From the IMG/VR virus record IMGVR_UViG_3300031992_000046, positions 36,410 to 100,409 of that record: 64,000 bases of DNA, one strand, 5' to 3'. The notes under the pieces are model-generated. The model was given only the letters and a program-made list of their open reading frames with translations. It had not been told where the DNA came from and ran no database searches. The position numbers and the translations under genes were made by a program. Below, piece after piece: positions 41,959 to 51,359 of the stretch (within the stretch, counting starts at the first letter, position 1; each line of letters starts with the position of its first letter). This DNA comes from a virus. Its lineage: Duplodnaviria > Caudoviricetes.

Positions 41959-42631
41959 TTTTCTTCTCCTTTTTCAACCCCTTCCGTTTTACAAATCTCA
42001 ATATCTCCGCAGTGCTGCCAAATACATCCGTCGCAGCCGTGTTCGCCGCAAACCGTCAGGTCTTCGTCCGGGTCTTCGATGTCCATGTCAATGCCCTCGT
42101 AGTCAAGCTCCGGGCTCCCGAACTCTATTTCATCAAAGTGATCCTCGACGAAGCTGTACACGTCTTCATAATCTCGTATCTCGTCGGGCACGTCAATCGT
42201 TCCCCATTGAGTCGCATACGGCTGCACCGTCACAGTTACTTTTCTCAAATAAATACCCCCTATCAAACTTCGGTTTTATGTTCGCTTTATTCGCCGTCTT
42301 TTGCTTCGTTTCCCGTTTTGCTGTCGAAAACCTCTTCGTAATTAACCATTATGTAATATTCTCTCTCTTCCGAAGGCTTATAAAAATAATCACCGGGATT
42401 GTCGTCATAGCAATAATGACGAGCAACGATGCTATAAGGCCAGCGATTGGCCAGTTCAAAATCATTAAAAGTTAGAAGAGGAGGGTCGCTGATACCGGTT
42501 ACATCTATGGCCAACCTACGAGGGTATTTGTTGACAAACTCGTCAAACTCGTCCTTAGATACCGACTTAAAAACAGGATTGGCAGTGTAAAAATATTTTT
42601 CAGGTAACATATTTGTATTCTTCGCCCCTTT

Positions 42632-42808
42632 TTAGCTATCAAATTCTCCGCGATTTAAAATTGATCTGAGTTGAGATTCGGTGACCCTGATGTGGTCTAA
42701 TTCATGCCTGTCTCCCCAGCAGTCCGTGTCGCAGACCACCTCATACCATCCCGGCGCCAGGAACTTAATCGACCGGATGTTTGTGACATAGGTTGTAAGT
42801 ATATTCAT
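42632..42808 (-). CDS. Small hypothetical protein (58 aa, not in ORF track)
   Basis: AAGGAGG RBS, MNILTTYV...EFDS*. Confidence 0.7.
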   Translation of the reverse strand: MNILTTYVTNIRSIKFLAPGWYEVVCDTDCWGDRHELDHIRVTESQLRSILNRGEFDS

Positions 42809-43241
42809 ACGGCACTTCCTCCTTAATCAAACTCGGTTTTATCTATTTTTAGCGAAATGTATCGTCTTCAAGGTCTTCATAGCATCCGGTGATATAAATT
42901 GTTACATCATTCGAATAACCGCCCCAGCCATCGTTTGGGTTTGAAACTTGTATATCAGTGTCGCCGGATGATTTGATAACAATCTGCCTATCGTCATCAT
43001 CAACTGAAAAATTGACACGACAATACATCGGCAAATCAAGAAGAATGTTTATGAATTCTTTTACTGTCATTGTTTTACCTCATCAAATATCGCTTTTATA
43101 TAAACCCCGCAAAAGGGGCGGGTTCTCGGCGAAATAATCTGGTGTAGAACCCGCAAGATTATCCGAGCCATCACGCTTCGTGGTCAGATGGCCAAATATT
43201 ACACGGATGGCGTAAGTTTCGCATTCCCATCACTGGCGGCC

Positions 43242-43314
43242 CAAGAGCGAGAGGATTCGAACCTCTATCGTGCGGTTTTGGAGACCGCTGTTTTGCCAGT
43301 TAAACTACGCCCTC
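43242..43314 (-). tRNA. tRNA-Trp(CCA)
   Basis: Cloverleaf; GCGGT-CTCCAAA-ACCGC; T-loop TTCGAAT. Confidence 0.92.
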
Positions 43315-43876
43315 AAAGTTTTTATTTATCGTTGTCTACGTCTTGACTCCCGAAGTAATGCTTCGAATCTGCGTCGCAGTATAACGTTTTAAATGTTGTT
43401 GGCGTTTCGGCTTTTTTGGGCACCACAGTTAGTCCGAATTCTTTTTTTACATAGTCCGCAAATCGATAAAACTGATTACGCGACACTCTTCTGCCGTTAT
43501 TAGACATAGATGCGTGGCAGAAGGGGCACTCCAGTTTTCTGGTCGATGAGTGTTCGCCACAGTTTGAGCACTCATAATGCGCAATCCACCTTGCTTTCAC
43601 CCTCTATCTCCTTTCCCTCGTCGCGTATCCTTTGAATTATTCTCAGCGAAGTATCATCAAAACAGGCTCCATGATGCAAAATCTCATAGATAATGTACAG
43701 CTCTGCGTGTAACTCGTATACCCGTTTGTCTTTTGGTTTGGATTTACAATAATCACACAGGGCATTGCACAAGGCGTTGATTTCACTTTCGTTTATGCTT
43801 ATCTCTGCATGACCTGTTTTAGTAAATTCTCTTAAAAACATTTAAAGCCCCCTCGGTTATTTTATCTGTGTATAAA

Positions 43877-43950
43877 TGGCCGCTACACGATTCGAACGTG
43901 CACCTCCGACCCCCGGTCGGCAGCTCTACCCGCTGTTAAGCTAAGCGGCC
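43877..43950 (-). tRNA. tRNA-like RNA with abnormal anticodon loop
   Basis: Perfect acceptor GGCCGCT/AGCGGCC, D and T arms; anticodon arm CCGAC-CGGGG-GTCGG lacks U33. Confidence 0.7.
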
Positions 43951-43976
43951 TGTGAAGGTTTTTATAGAGGTTTCCG

Positions 43977-44020
43977 CACACCTTCGCCTCTTCATTAGTT
44001 GATCAGACCAATGATTCATA
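43977..44020. repeat. 44-bp direct repeat, copy 1 (copy 2 at 45147-45190)
   Basis: cacaccttcgcctcttcattagttgatcagacYaatgRttcata, 2 mismatches. Confidence 0.9.
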
Positions 44021-44156
44021 GACGTTCTAAACAGCGAGCAGCCCTGTGGGTCGGATGGGTCGGATGACGCGTTCACGGTACCTCTCCGCAAAGTCTACCC
44101 CACAGGTTAGCAGTGGGCAATAAACGCTCGTGTTTACCGGAGCTATGCCTCCGGGC

Positions 44157-44296
44157 GGATGCGGGTGGGGATTTGAACCCCACATAGAGTCCTTCAGCAC
44201 TGGGCAGCAGACTCCGTTAGGTGAATTATATGGGGAGGAAGAATCAGCAAAACCTCTCGCCCAGTTTAACACGTCTACCCATTCCGTCACCGCATC
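44157..44296 (-). ncRNA. tRNA-like RNA with greatly expanded anticodon domain
   Basis: Acceptor GATGCGG/CCGCATC, Leu/Ser-type D arm, T arm GTGGGG-TTCAAAT-CCCCAC, insert closed by ACTGGGC/GCCCAGT. Confidence 0.7.
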
Positions 44297-45172
44297 ATAT
44301 CAAATCTCGGTTTTATACATTATTTTGAAACACCACATCCTGTATGGTTTTGGGATTGCGATACGTTTACGAAAAACTTTAACAAACCATTGAGGTCTGA
44401 ATTGTTTAACCGATAATATAATGAAATTAGGGTTGTTCCATATCATGCTTGTTTGTGCAAACGCAGAAATACTCAGCGAAAAAATATCCCCATTCTGCAT
44501 TCTGTATAATTCGCATGCATTTTTCATAATGGACTCCTTATTGGCATAACAATTCGTCGTATGACATATATTCGTAATCGTCCATCCAGCTTGTTTCGTC
44601 CCAGGACTTTACGTTTTCAAAATTCTTTACAAGTTCCTCAACTGTCATCTGGACGGTGGGAGCCTTGCTTGTGATTTCAAATCCGTACAAATTGCCGTCA
44701 TCGTCTACACCCATTTCCCACTCGAACCAACAATGGTCGTCGTCAGTACGATAATCGGTTATGCGAGTCTCCGGAAGCCCCACGTCTCGCGGGATGAAAT
44801 ACTCGCGCTCAAACAGAGAGTGACTAATACGAATAACATCGTCCATTGTCATTTCGCCCGCAATAATTTCTTCATTCCAGGCCTTATAGTTACTTGCGTC
44901 GCGGTACAGGTATTTGATTTTTGTGTTCATATTGACGCTCGCTTTCGTACTTCTTCGGCATAACACTCTATGGCTTTAGCTAAGAACTCTTTGAGTTCTT
45001 CCGACCACCCGATAACCTTGAACTGCATCTTGGCGTTTTCATCGCTCTTTTGCAGTGCGTGGTCAATACAGTAAATGAAACTCCTCGCGTGGTTTAACTT
45101 GTTGTACCACTCGTTGTATTCTTTAACCGTCATATTGTTTATACCTCACACCTTCGCCTCTTCATTAGTTGA

Positions 45173-46156
45173 TCAGACTAATGGTTCATAATTGGTTTTA
45201 CTTGAAATTAAAGCATTCCCGCAAGTAATTCTGTCGCTATCTTCCTCCTTGCTTGGAACGAACACTATAACATCCCAACCAGCCTTTACTAAAGGTCGCT
45301 CAAAATCTCTATAAACATCATAATCCGTGTATGATGTAGTCACATCGAATCCGTTTTCGACAGCAGATTTGGTTTCGTGGATTGGGGTTATCTTTACAAT
45401 AAACTTTTCCTTGTCGAACAGCGAAGATAGCACGTCGGCGTCGAGAATAGTGTCTTTGGTTACGGCAAAATTCAATGTATATTTTCTGCCGCGAGGCATA
45501 GGTAACTTTTTAGCTAACTCAGAAATCTCGCCGAGACTCAAACTCATACCGTTAAACTGCTTATCTCTCTGTTCATCACTTGTACTATTGATGCTGAATT
45601 GTAGTCCGGCCTCGCCCATATAATTGTTATTTTTAATGTCGCACCACCGCATAATAAAGTTGTCGAGGTTCGTGTTCGACCTCGGAAGCATAGTAGATAT
45701 TACCGGATGCACTGTATCAGCAACCACATGATGTGCAACAATCTGCCTCAGGTGATTGATCGCAAAGTCCAGAACTGCCGCATTAAATGTCGGTTCTCCC
45801 ATCCGAGCGAAATGTACATTGAATCGCTCGGTGTGAATTATATCGGACTCTCCGTCAAGAATGGTTTCGATTTCATCACACAACTCAGCGAGTGAAGCGT
45901 TCCCATAGAACCCAAACTTAGGACAATCGCAAAACTGGCATCTCATGGGGCAACCCTTTTGAGTGCTTATTGTTGCGACCCACTTTTTTTTGAGGTCTAC
46001 TGCTGTGTTTGCTACGCCGTTGATTTCTCTATGCAATCCGAGAAAATCCGCCTTAATGTTATTCTCTTTTCCGTAATCTCCCACAGTCAGAAACTCTAAC
46101 CGTCGGTCGGTATCTACATATATTTTACCTGTATGCGTTTTAATTATCTCAAGCAT
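45173..46156 (-). CDS. Radical SAM enzyme, RlmN/Cfr-like
   Basis: STQKGCPMRCQFC (CX3CX2C), RMGEP, C-terminal ITCG. Confidence 0.8.
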   Translation of the reverse strand: MLEIIKTHTGKIYVDTDRRLEFLTVGDYGKENNIKADFLGLHREINGVANTAVDLKKKWVATISTQKGCPMRCQFCDCPKFGFYGNASLAELCDEIETILDGESDIIHTERFNVHFARMGEPTFNAAVLDFAINHLRQIVAHHVVADTVHPVISTMLPRSNTNLDNFIMRWCDIKNNNYMGEAGLQFSINSTSDEQRDKQFNGMSLSLGEISELAKKLPMPRGRKYTLNFAVTKDTILDADVLSSLFDKEKFIVKITPIHETKSAVENGFDVTTSYTDYDVYRDFERPLVKAGWDVIVFVPSKEEDSDRITCGNALISSKTNYEPLV

Positions 46157-48178
46157 AATCCCACCCCCAAATCAAATTACGAAAGAATCTGCAGCAAAAC
46201 CCCTCGCAGCTCTAACCAACTGAGCTATTTGGTGAGGTCCAGGTAGTCTTTTTCTGAATAAGCTCTATTCTCACAGATCCACAGGTCTTCATCAAAATAT
46301 CCTCCACATTCAGTAACGGCCCACATAAGAGCGTTTATCATCTGCATTACTTCTGTTTTACTGAACACAGCAAACATCTGATCTTCGTCGTAATCGCACG
46401 ACGCAGTATCGACTGTAGACCAGTTACATTCAAGTATGTTGTCTCCTTCAAGTTTATCGTCAATGAACGGAAAGAGAGTAAGCTCACCATGCCATGAGCC
46501 ATCGCCTCGGCTACCGGTCAGAATGTGAATATCGTTATATAAAATCATCGGAGTATACAGTGCGAATACTGTTCCGTTCGGCATTTTACCGAGCTCTTTT
46601 TTACTTACAATTTTCATTTATCTATTACCTCATAAAATATTGGTTTTATTCGTTTGGCAGATAAACCGAACCGACACGAACCTCTGTGACCTCCGGCTCA
46701 TAATCTTTTTCGTAAACCGATGTTGTGATACGACCATAAAGCCCGTCTTCGTCTATGTGATAACATCCTACGAACCCATTCTCCTCTGTCAAAATCCTAT
46801 ATTCTTCCAGAACGGATTTCTTGAGGTATTCAACGGCCTCTTCTCGGGTGTCGAACAGGTAAACCGCGACATCGCTGTCAAAGTTATATGAGAAAATTAC
46901 CGCGTAAGATTTCATTTTTTTACACCTGTAAATCCTTCCGAATCAAATTTTGTTTTATAATTCCATGTAAGTGATGATACATTCCCACACGGCACCGGCT
47001 AAGTCATCCTTTGAATTTATGACGAACTTACTTTTAAGCCAATTGATCTCTTCTTCTGAGAACGATATCTGGATTGTCATATTAACACCTCATCATTGCC
47101 GATAGCCTGCCGTAACAATTGTTCCACCCGGAGCCTGAACTCCTTCGGGGGGATTGATTCTCTCTTCTGCAATGCAATCACTCCTTTGTCAAAACTGATT
47201 TAATACAAATCTTCCGAGTACAGCTCAACGTCGTTGTGGTCTGTTTTGTACCACAGGGTCGAAGCGTTTAACTGGCCACACTCTCGTGCATGATCGTATG
47301 CTTCTTTTCTGTTGAGGTAACGTCCGTTCGTGCAAATGAAACCCTGCTCAATTACCTTGAATAATCTGTCGGTCGGAGTCCCAAATTCACGCAGAAAAGC
47401 AAACCCCTCGCCGTGCCTCCGGCAGGGGAGTATCAATGTCTTTGCCTCATTGTTTTGGTGGATTTCAATTTTCAACGCAGCACATAATACCATCCGCCTC
47501 ACTCCCTCATAAAAGATTAGTTTTATTCAGTTACTTCTACATGTACAAAACGTTGATCTCCGCTTCAGAGAGAGGTTTAAAGGGCTTTTCCAAAAGTTCA
47601 AGCGCGTCGGCGCACCAAAAAAAGCCGCTATTGCTCAACGGCATGTCGAACCTGATGTGATATCTTTCATAGGGCAAAACATCGCTCTCGTACGCCTCGG
47701 TTATAATGGCTGTACAATTTCCGTATCCGACCATCTCCGGTATTACACCATTGAGTGTTTCGCTTTCCGCCAATTCAGCCATCCTTGATGGTGGCACGAC
47801 TCTTACGGCATCGCCGACTGCGAATTTAAATGCCATCGTATATCACCTCAATTCAAACGTCTTCGCGCAAATGTTATACGCTTCTTGAAGATACCGAACT
47901 GCCTCCGGGGGCAACTCGCTTGTGTCACGTTCGAGCCATTGCCCTACATAGCCGGTCACCTCGTCGCAGGTAACGGGAAATTCTTCGTCATACAAAAACT
48001 TTGCATCGCACCCCTGACATTCCGGACGGTCTACCTCTCCGTTGGGACCGAGGTACTCACAATCGGGGCTGCAAGGAATACTTTTGTCAAGCTCGCAGGG
48101 CGACTGACAGTCGCAGCACTGCTGTCCGCACCAGTCTTTATGCATAACGCACCTCTCCTTCACAAAAAGTTGGTTTTA

Positions 48179-48907
48179 TTATTTAATCTTTTTCCCTTTA
48201 TGCTTACCGCGGAACGAAGTCTTTTTGTCAAACCCGTGGTTCTCTATCTTTTCTACATCTGTTATTCCGACAGACGCGATTCGCTCCGTAGAAGATTTTT
48301 CCAAAGAAAAGAATTCGTCAAACGACAAATAGATTTCCAGCGGGTCTATGAGAGGCGCCAATCCCGAGGCTTTAAGAATCGGGATGTGCTTTTTCACCCA
48401 CTGACCGTTACCCAAACACACCTCGCAATCTTTGACGCTACCTATAACTCTGTAGTCGTTGGTATCTATTGCGCGCTGCAACGTGGGGGTCACTTTAAAG
48501 ACAAGGTCCCGGTCAAACAGCCAATGCCTCTTGTCATAACTGTGATACTGGGACGACACACTCAGGCTGAAGTCAACAATATCGATTTTTATCAGTTCCC
48601 GTTTGCGGTCATAGTTCTTCCAGGTTGCCAGCAGCTCGGGCGTGTAATCCGTGATGCGGCGCAGGTAGGCGGACCCCATCGGGTCGGGCTCTCTGAAAAC
48701 TTGAGCGAGAAAAAGCCAAAAACTGTTGCAGACTTGCAGAAGAATAAACTCATACTCTCTCGGATTACGCCAATAATCACAGAGATACCCACACATCATG
48801 TCCTTGGTCAAAAGATAGGAGTCGGTTCTGTCGAACGTGGTGGACTTGTCGGGATACGTGTTTTGAAGATAATCATAGAAGTCCGTGTTCTTATCAATAA
48901 TGCGCAT
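48179..48907 (-). CDS. Hypothetical phage protein
   Basis: 242 aa ORF with RBS. Confidence 0.75.
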   Translation of the reverse strand: MRIIDKNTDFYDYLQNTYPDKSTTFDRTDSYLLTKDMMCGYLCDYWRNPREYEFILLQVCNSFWLFLAQVFREPDPMGSAYLRRITDYTPELLATWKNYDRKRELIKIDIVDFSLSVSSQYHSYDKRHWLFDRDLVFKVTPTLQRAIDTNDYRVIGSVKDCEVCLGNGQWVKKHIPILKASGLAPLIDPLEIYLSFDEFFSLEKSSTERIASVGITDVEKIENHGFDKKTSFRGKHKGKKIK

Positions 48908-49125
48908 ATCTTATATTCCTTCCGAGAAATTTCTATATCTACTCAGAATACGGTGATATGAGATCGTATAGCCAAGCAAGAGTATTGCAAGCTTCCTCTT
49001 TGACTTCCTCCGGCATACAATCATCGTCCCCCAAGTCGTCGTAAAGCATTGTCATCAAGTCAATATAGGACAATTCCTCTCTCTCCATTTGCGGTATCTT
49101 AACAGCCATATCGCTTATCCCCTCC

Positions 49126-49431
49126 TTACCATGTTCCTTTTGCATCTTGTAGGCAACGTTCACGCGCCCTATTGTGCAGTTCGAATTGGTATTCAACGTC
49201 CAGCATCATAGTGTCGTGCTGGGTTGGATGCTCCGTCATAATTAGAACCGGTTTATTCTTATACTCTTCAATTACGTAGGGTGTTAGGCCAGCATTCTTC
49301 CACGAATCGTCATCTTCAAACCACAACTCGGCGCATAATATGGTGTGGTTGTCGTTGGTCATCCACGCTCTTTTATACCCCTTGTTTTTAGCATCGGCTA
49401 ATGCTTGAGCAAGTATCATTTTTCCCTCCAT
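49126..49431 (-). CDS. Hypothetical protein, first gene downstream of RT/ncRNA C
   Basis: Tiling ORF. Confidence 0.65.
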   Translation of the reverse strand: MEGKMILAQALADAKNKGYKRAWMTNDNHTILCAELWFEDDDSWKNAGLTPYVIEEYKNKPVLIMTEHPTQHDTMMLDVEYQFELHNRARERCLQDAKGTW

Positions 49432-49633
49432 ATTTGGTACGTTTTACAACGTTTTACAACCCTCAGGGTTGTAGAATGCAAAAAGTTTCCTTGTGCCACA
49501 AGGGTTCCAGGGCACGTCCTTAAAGAGAAATACCACCTCTGTATAGTGACAGACAAAGCGGCGTTTAAGGGCGCATTTTTCAATAAAATCTCGGGCTTCA
49601 GATGCCGATGCGGCAATATAAAATTCAGCTTTG

Positions 49634-49936
49634 ATGCGTAATCACTCTAAACCCATGATTCTTTATAACGTCGTCATGATAATACATCTTAACGGGAGTT
49701 CGAGTTCGGACTCGTGACTCCTCGGAAAGAGGTAGTGGTGGTACTGGAGTGATACCCCAATATGTAGTGGGGTTTCGACCAACATAGCGTATGTTGCAAA
49801 TTTCTCAGATGGGGTATCAAACGATACTCATCTTAACCTGCTGCATAATACGCTGGATCAGCCTCCATTTCCTCCCGACAAACCTGTACTTCCGCGTACC
49901 GCAGAAGCGCCGGATTTACGGCTATCCATTACGCAT
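49634..49936 (-). ncRNA. Retron-like msr-msd ncRNA C (immediately downstream of RT)
   Basis: 9-bp IR atgcgtaat/attacgcat; GGAUA, hairpin gccg/cggc, 29-mer at 49880-49908 identical to A. Confidence 0.8.
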
Positions 49937-49949
49937 TTATATTATTTTT

Positions 49950-51329
49950 TTAATACGGATTCAAGTCAGCTTTGATTGCTGCGGGAATGTCAAGTCCAAC
50001 CTTGTCGCCCACATATTTTACGATAGCGTCTATTTTACCGCCTTCTACCATTTTGTAGTAGCTACGCAGTCCTTCCATAGCGAGTATTTCGTGTCTATCC
50101 CAGGGCTTATTATTCTTCCTGTCCATAGCGTACGAGTGGAGCATCGCTTTGAACTCTCGCTTTTTCTTATGACCGACGGTGATTTCATTGTTGCCATTCA
50201 ACATTACCCCAAGATTCCAGTTCTGACCGCTGGACGACCCGTACCTCGTCTTACTCTCATTTAACGAGAACGGAGTCTCAAACTTATTAAGCGTCTCTTT
50301 TATGAGATTCCTGACTTTCAGCTCGCTGAAGTCATATTTGCACGAGATTATGAAGTCATCGGCATATCTTGTGTAAACAAAGTGGCGTCTGTCAAAGTTA
50401 TCCAGCGTTCTCGAGAGGGTATGATCTATAGGTATCATAAACAAGTTGGTGAGGGTAGGGGAGAGAGGCGTGCCTTGCGGGAGCGAACCGTTCAGAAACC
50501 CGAGAGACAGCGCCGTTCTGAGCGCCTCCTCTCCCTCTGCGGTCTTCAGCAAAACGCTGAACGGGAAAATCATCTTGAGCATCTTAATCGTGAAGTCCAT
50601 TGTGGTGCTGCCGAAGAAGTTGCTCAAGTCATATTTAGCAAACCACCTGCTCTCATTTTTTTGGTGTCTCTTTATCGCATCCAGCGTACTTCTGCCTTTG
50701 ATGTAAGCGAAAGCCGTGGTATGATACATTCCGTGAAACGGGTCGTTTTCAAAAAGATTTTTGAGAACGTAGAGCGCATTATGGAGTGCGTCGCACGGGG
50801 CGTCGATACGCCTGAACGAAGAGCGCAGTAAGAGGTCGACGTCCACAAGGGAAGTGTCGAACCCGCTTTCTTCCAGAGTTGCCATAACGGAGGTGTATGC
50901 TTCCATTTTTATTTCGACATCTTTCTCTGTCGGATGCTGGCTTATAACGGGTCTCAGGGCGGATGCAACGGCGGCGCACACGGCGCCGGACGAACATTCG
51001 ACATATTTCTTTTGGGTATCAAACAGGTCTTTGAACACCCGTTTCATCCCCTTATTGCTTTTCGCTCTGTAAAACGTCGTGTACAGCGACTCCGGGTCGC
51101 ACTCGCGAAGTTTCGCGTAGCTCCTGTTAAAGTTGCTTATGTGGCCGTAAAGCACGTCGTAAAGATCCCGCAAGTTTCGGAACTTTGGGGAGTTCGGGTC
51201 GTGCACCGTAGTCCTTGTACACGTATCGTTCTCAATAATCCGAGAAGGTTCCGGGTCGTCTGTGAAATACAGGTCGAATACCGACATCTGTTTTGTGATA
51301 CTCGGCGCCGGTTTAGTTACGTAAATCAT
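49950..51329 (-). CDS. Retron-type reverse transcriptase
   Basis: RRIDAP, AFAYIKGRS..DAIKRH (region X-like), DLSNFF, LPQGTPLSP, YTRYADD, WNLGVMLN (region Y-like); start after AAGGAG. Confidence 0.92.
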   Translation of the reverse strand: MIYVTKPAPSITKQMSVFDLYFTDDPEPSRIIENDTCTRTTVHDPNSPKFRNLRDLYDVLYGHISNFNRSYAKLRECDPESLYTTFYRAKSNKGMKRVFKDLFDTQKKYVECSSGAVCAAVASALRPVISQHPTEKDVEIKMEAYTSVMATLEESGFDTSLVDVDLLLRSSFRRIDAPCDALHNALYVLKNLFENDPFHGMYHTTAFAYIKGRSTLDAIKRHQKNESRWFAKYDLSNFFGSTTMDFTIKMLKMIFPFSVLLKTAEGEEALRTALSLGFLNGSLPQGTPLSPTLTNLFMIPIDHTLSRTLDNFDRRHFVYTRYADDFIISCKYDFSELKVRNLIKETLNKFETPFSLNESKTRYGSSSGQNWNLGVMLNGNNEITVGHKKKREFKAMLHSYAMDRKNNKPWDRHEILAMEGLRSYYKMVEGGKIDAIVKYVGDKVGLDIPAAIKADLNPY

Positions 51330-51359
51330 CACTGTTCTCCTTTCGTTATGTTGGGTGTC

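Larger units (their letters stand above)
39917..49109 (-). other. Array of small co-oriented hypothetical genes interspersed with tRNAs
   Basis: Tightly tiled 60-140 aa ORFs with RBSs and a recurrent junction motif. Confidence 0.75.

Noticed and set aside
43104-43241. Theta ribozyme after tRNA-Trp
   Set aside because: Trailer starts GGCCGCC but no P1 partner with P2/P3/L3 spacing was found
47885-48961. Long + strand ORF (358 aa) and similar antisense ORFs
   Set aside because: Shadow frames of well-tiled - strand genes with RBSs
37391-49908. CRISPR array from the 29-bp repeat, with the Cas4-like gene
   Set aside because: Copies are kb apart and embedded in larger covarying structures; the Cas4-like nuclease sits in the replication/recombination module
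37251-49912. + strand ORFs sharing the peptide NLYFR(V/E)PQK (37251, 38717, 49791)
   Set aside because: Translation of the conserved ncRNA core on the antisense strand; no similarity elsewhere
6174-51329. Diversity-generating retroelement (RT plus DUF6273-like fibre target)
   Set aside because: RT motifs are retron-like (LPQG..SP, YADD), not DGR-like; I saw no TR/VR adenine-mismatch pair or Avd gene in the window
49950-51329. Group II intron
   Set aside because: No maturase X/En domain or domain V/VI structure evident; no interrupted host gene
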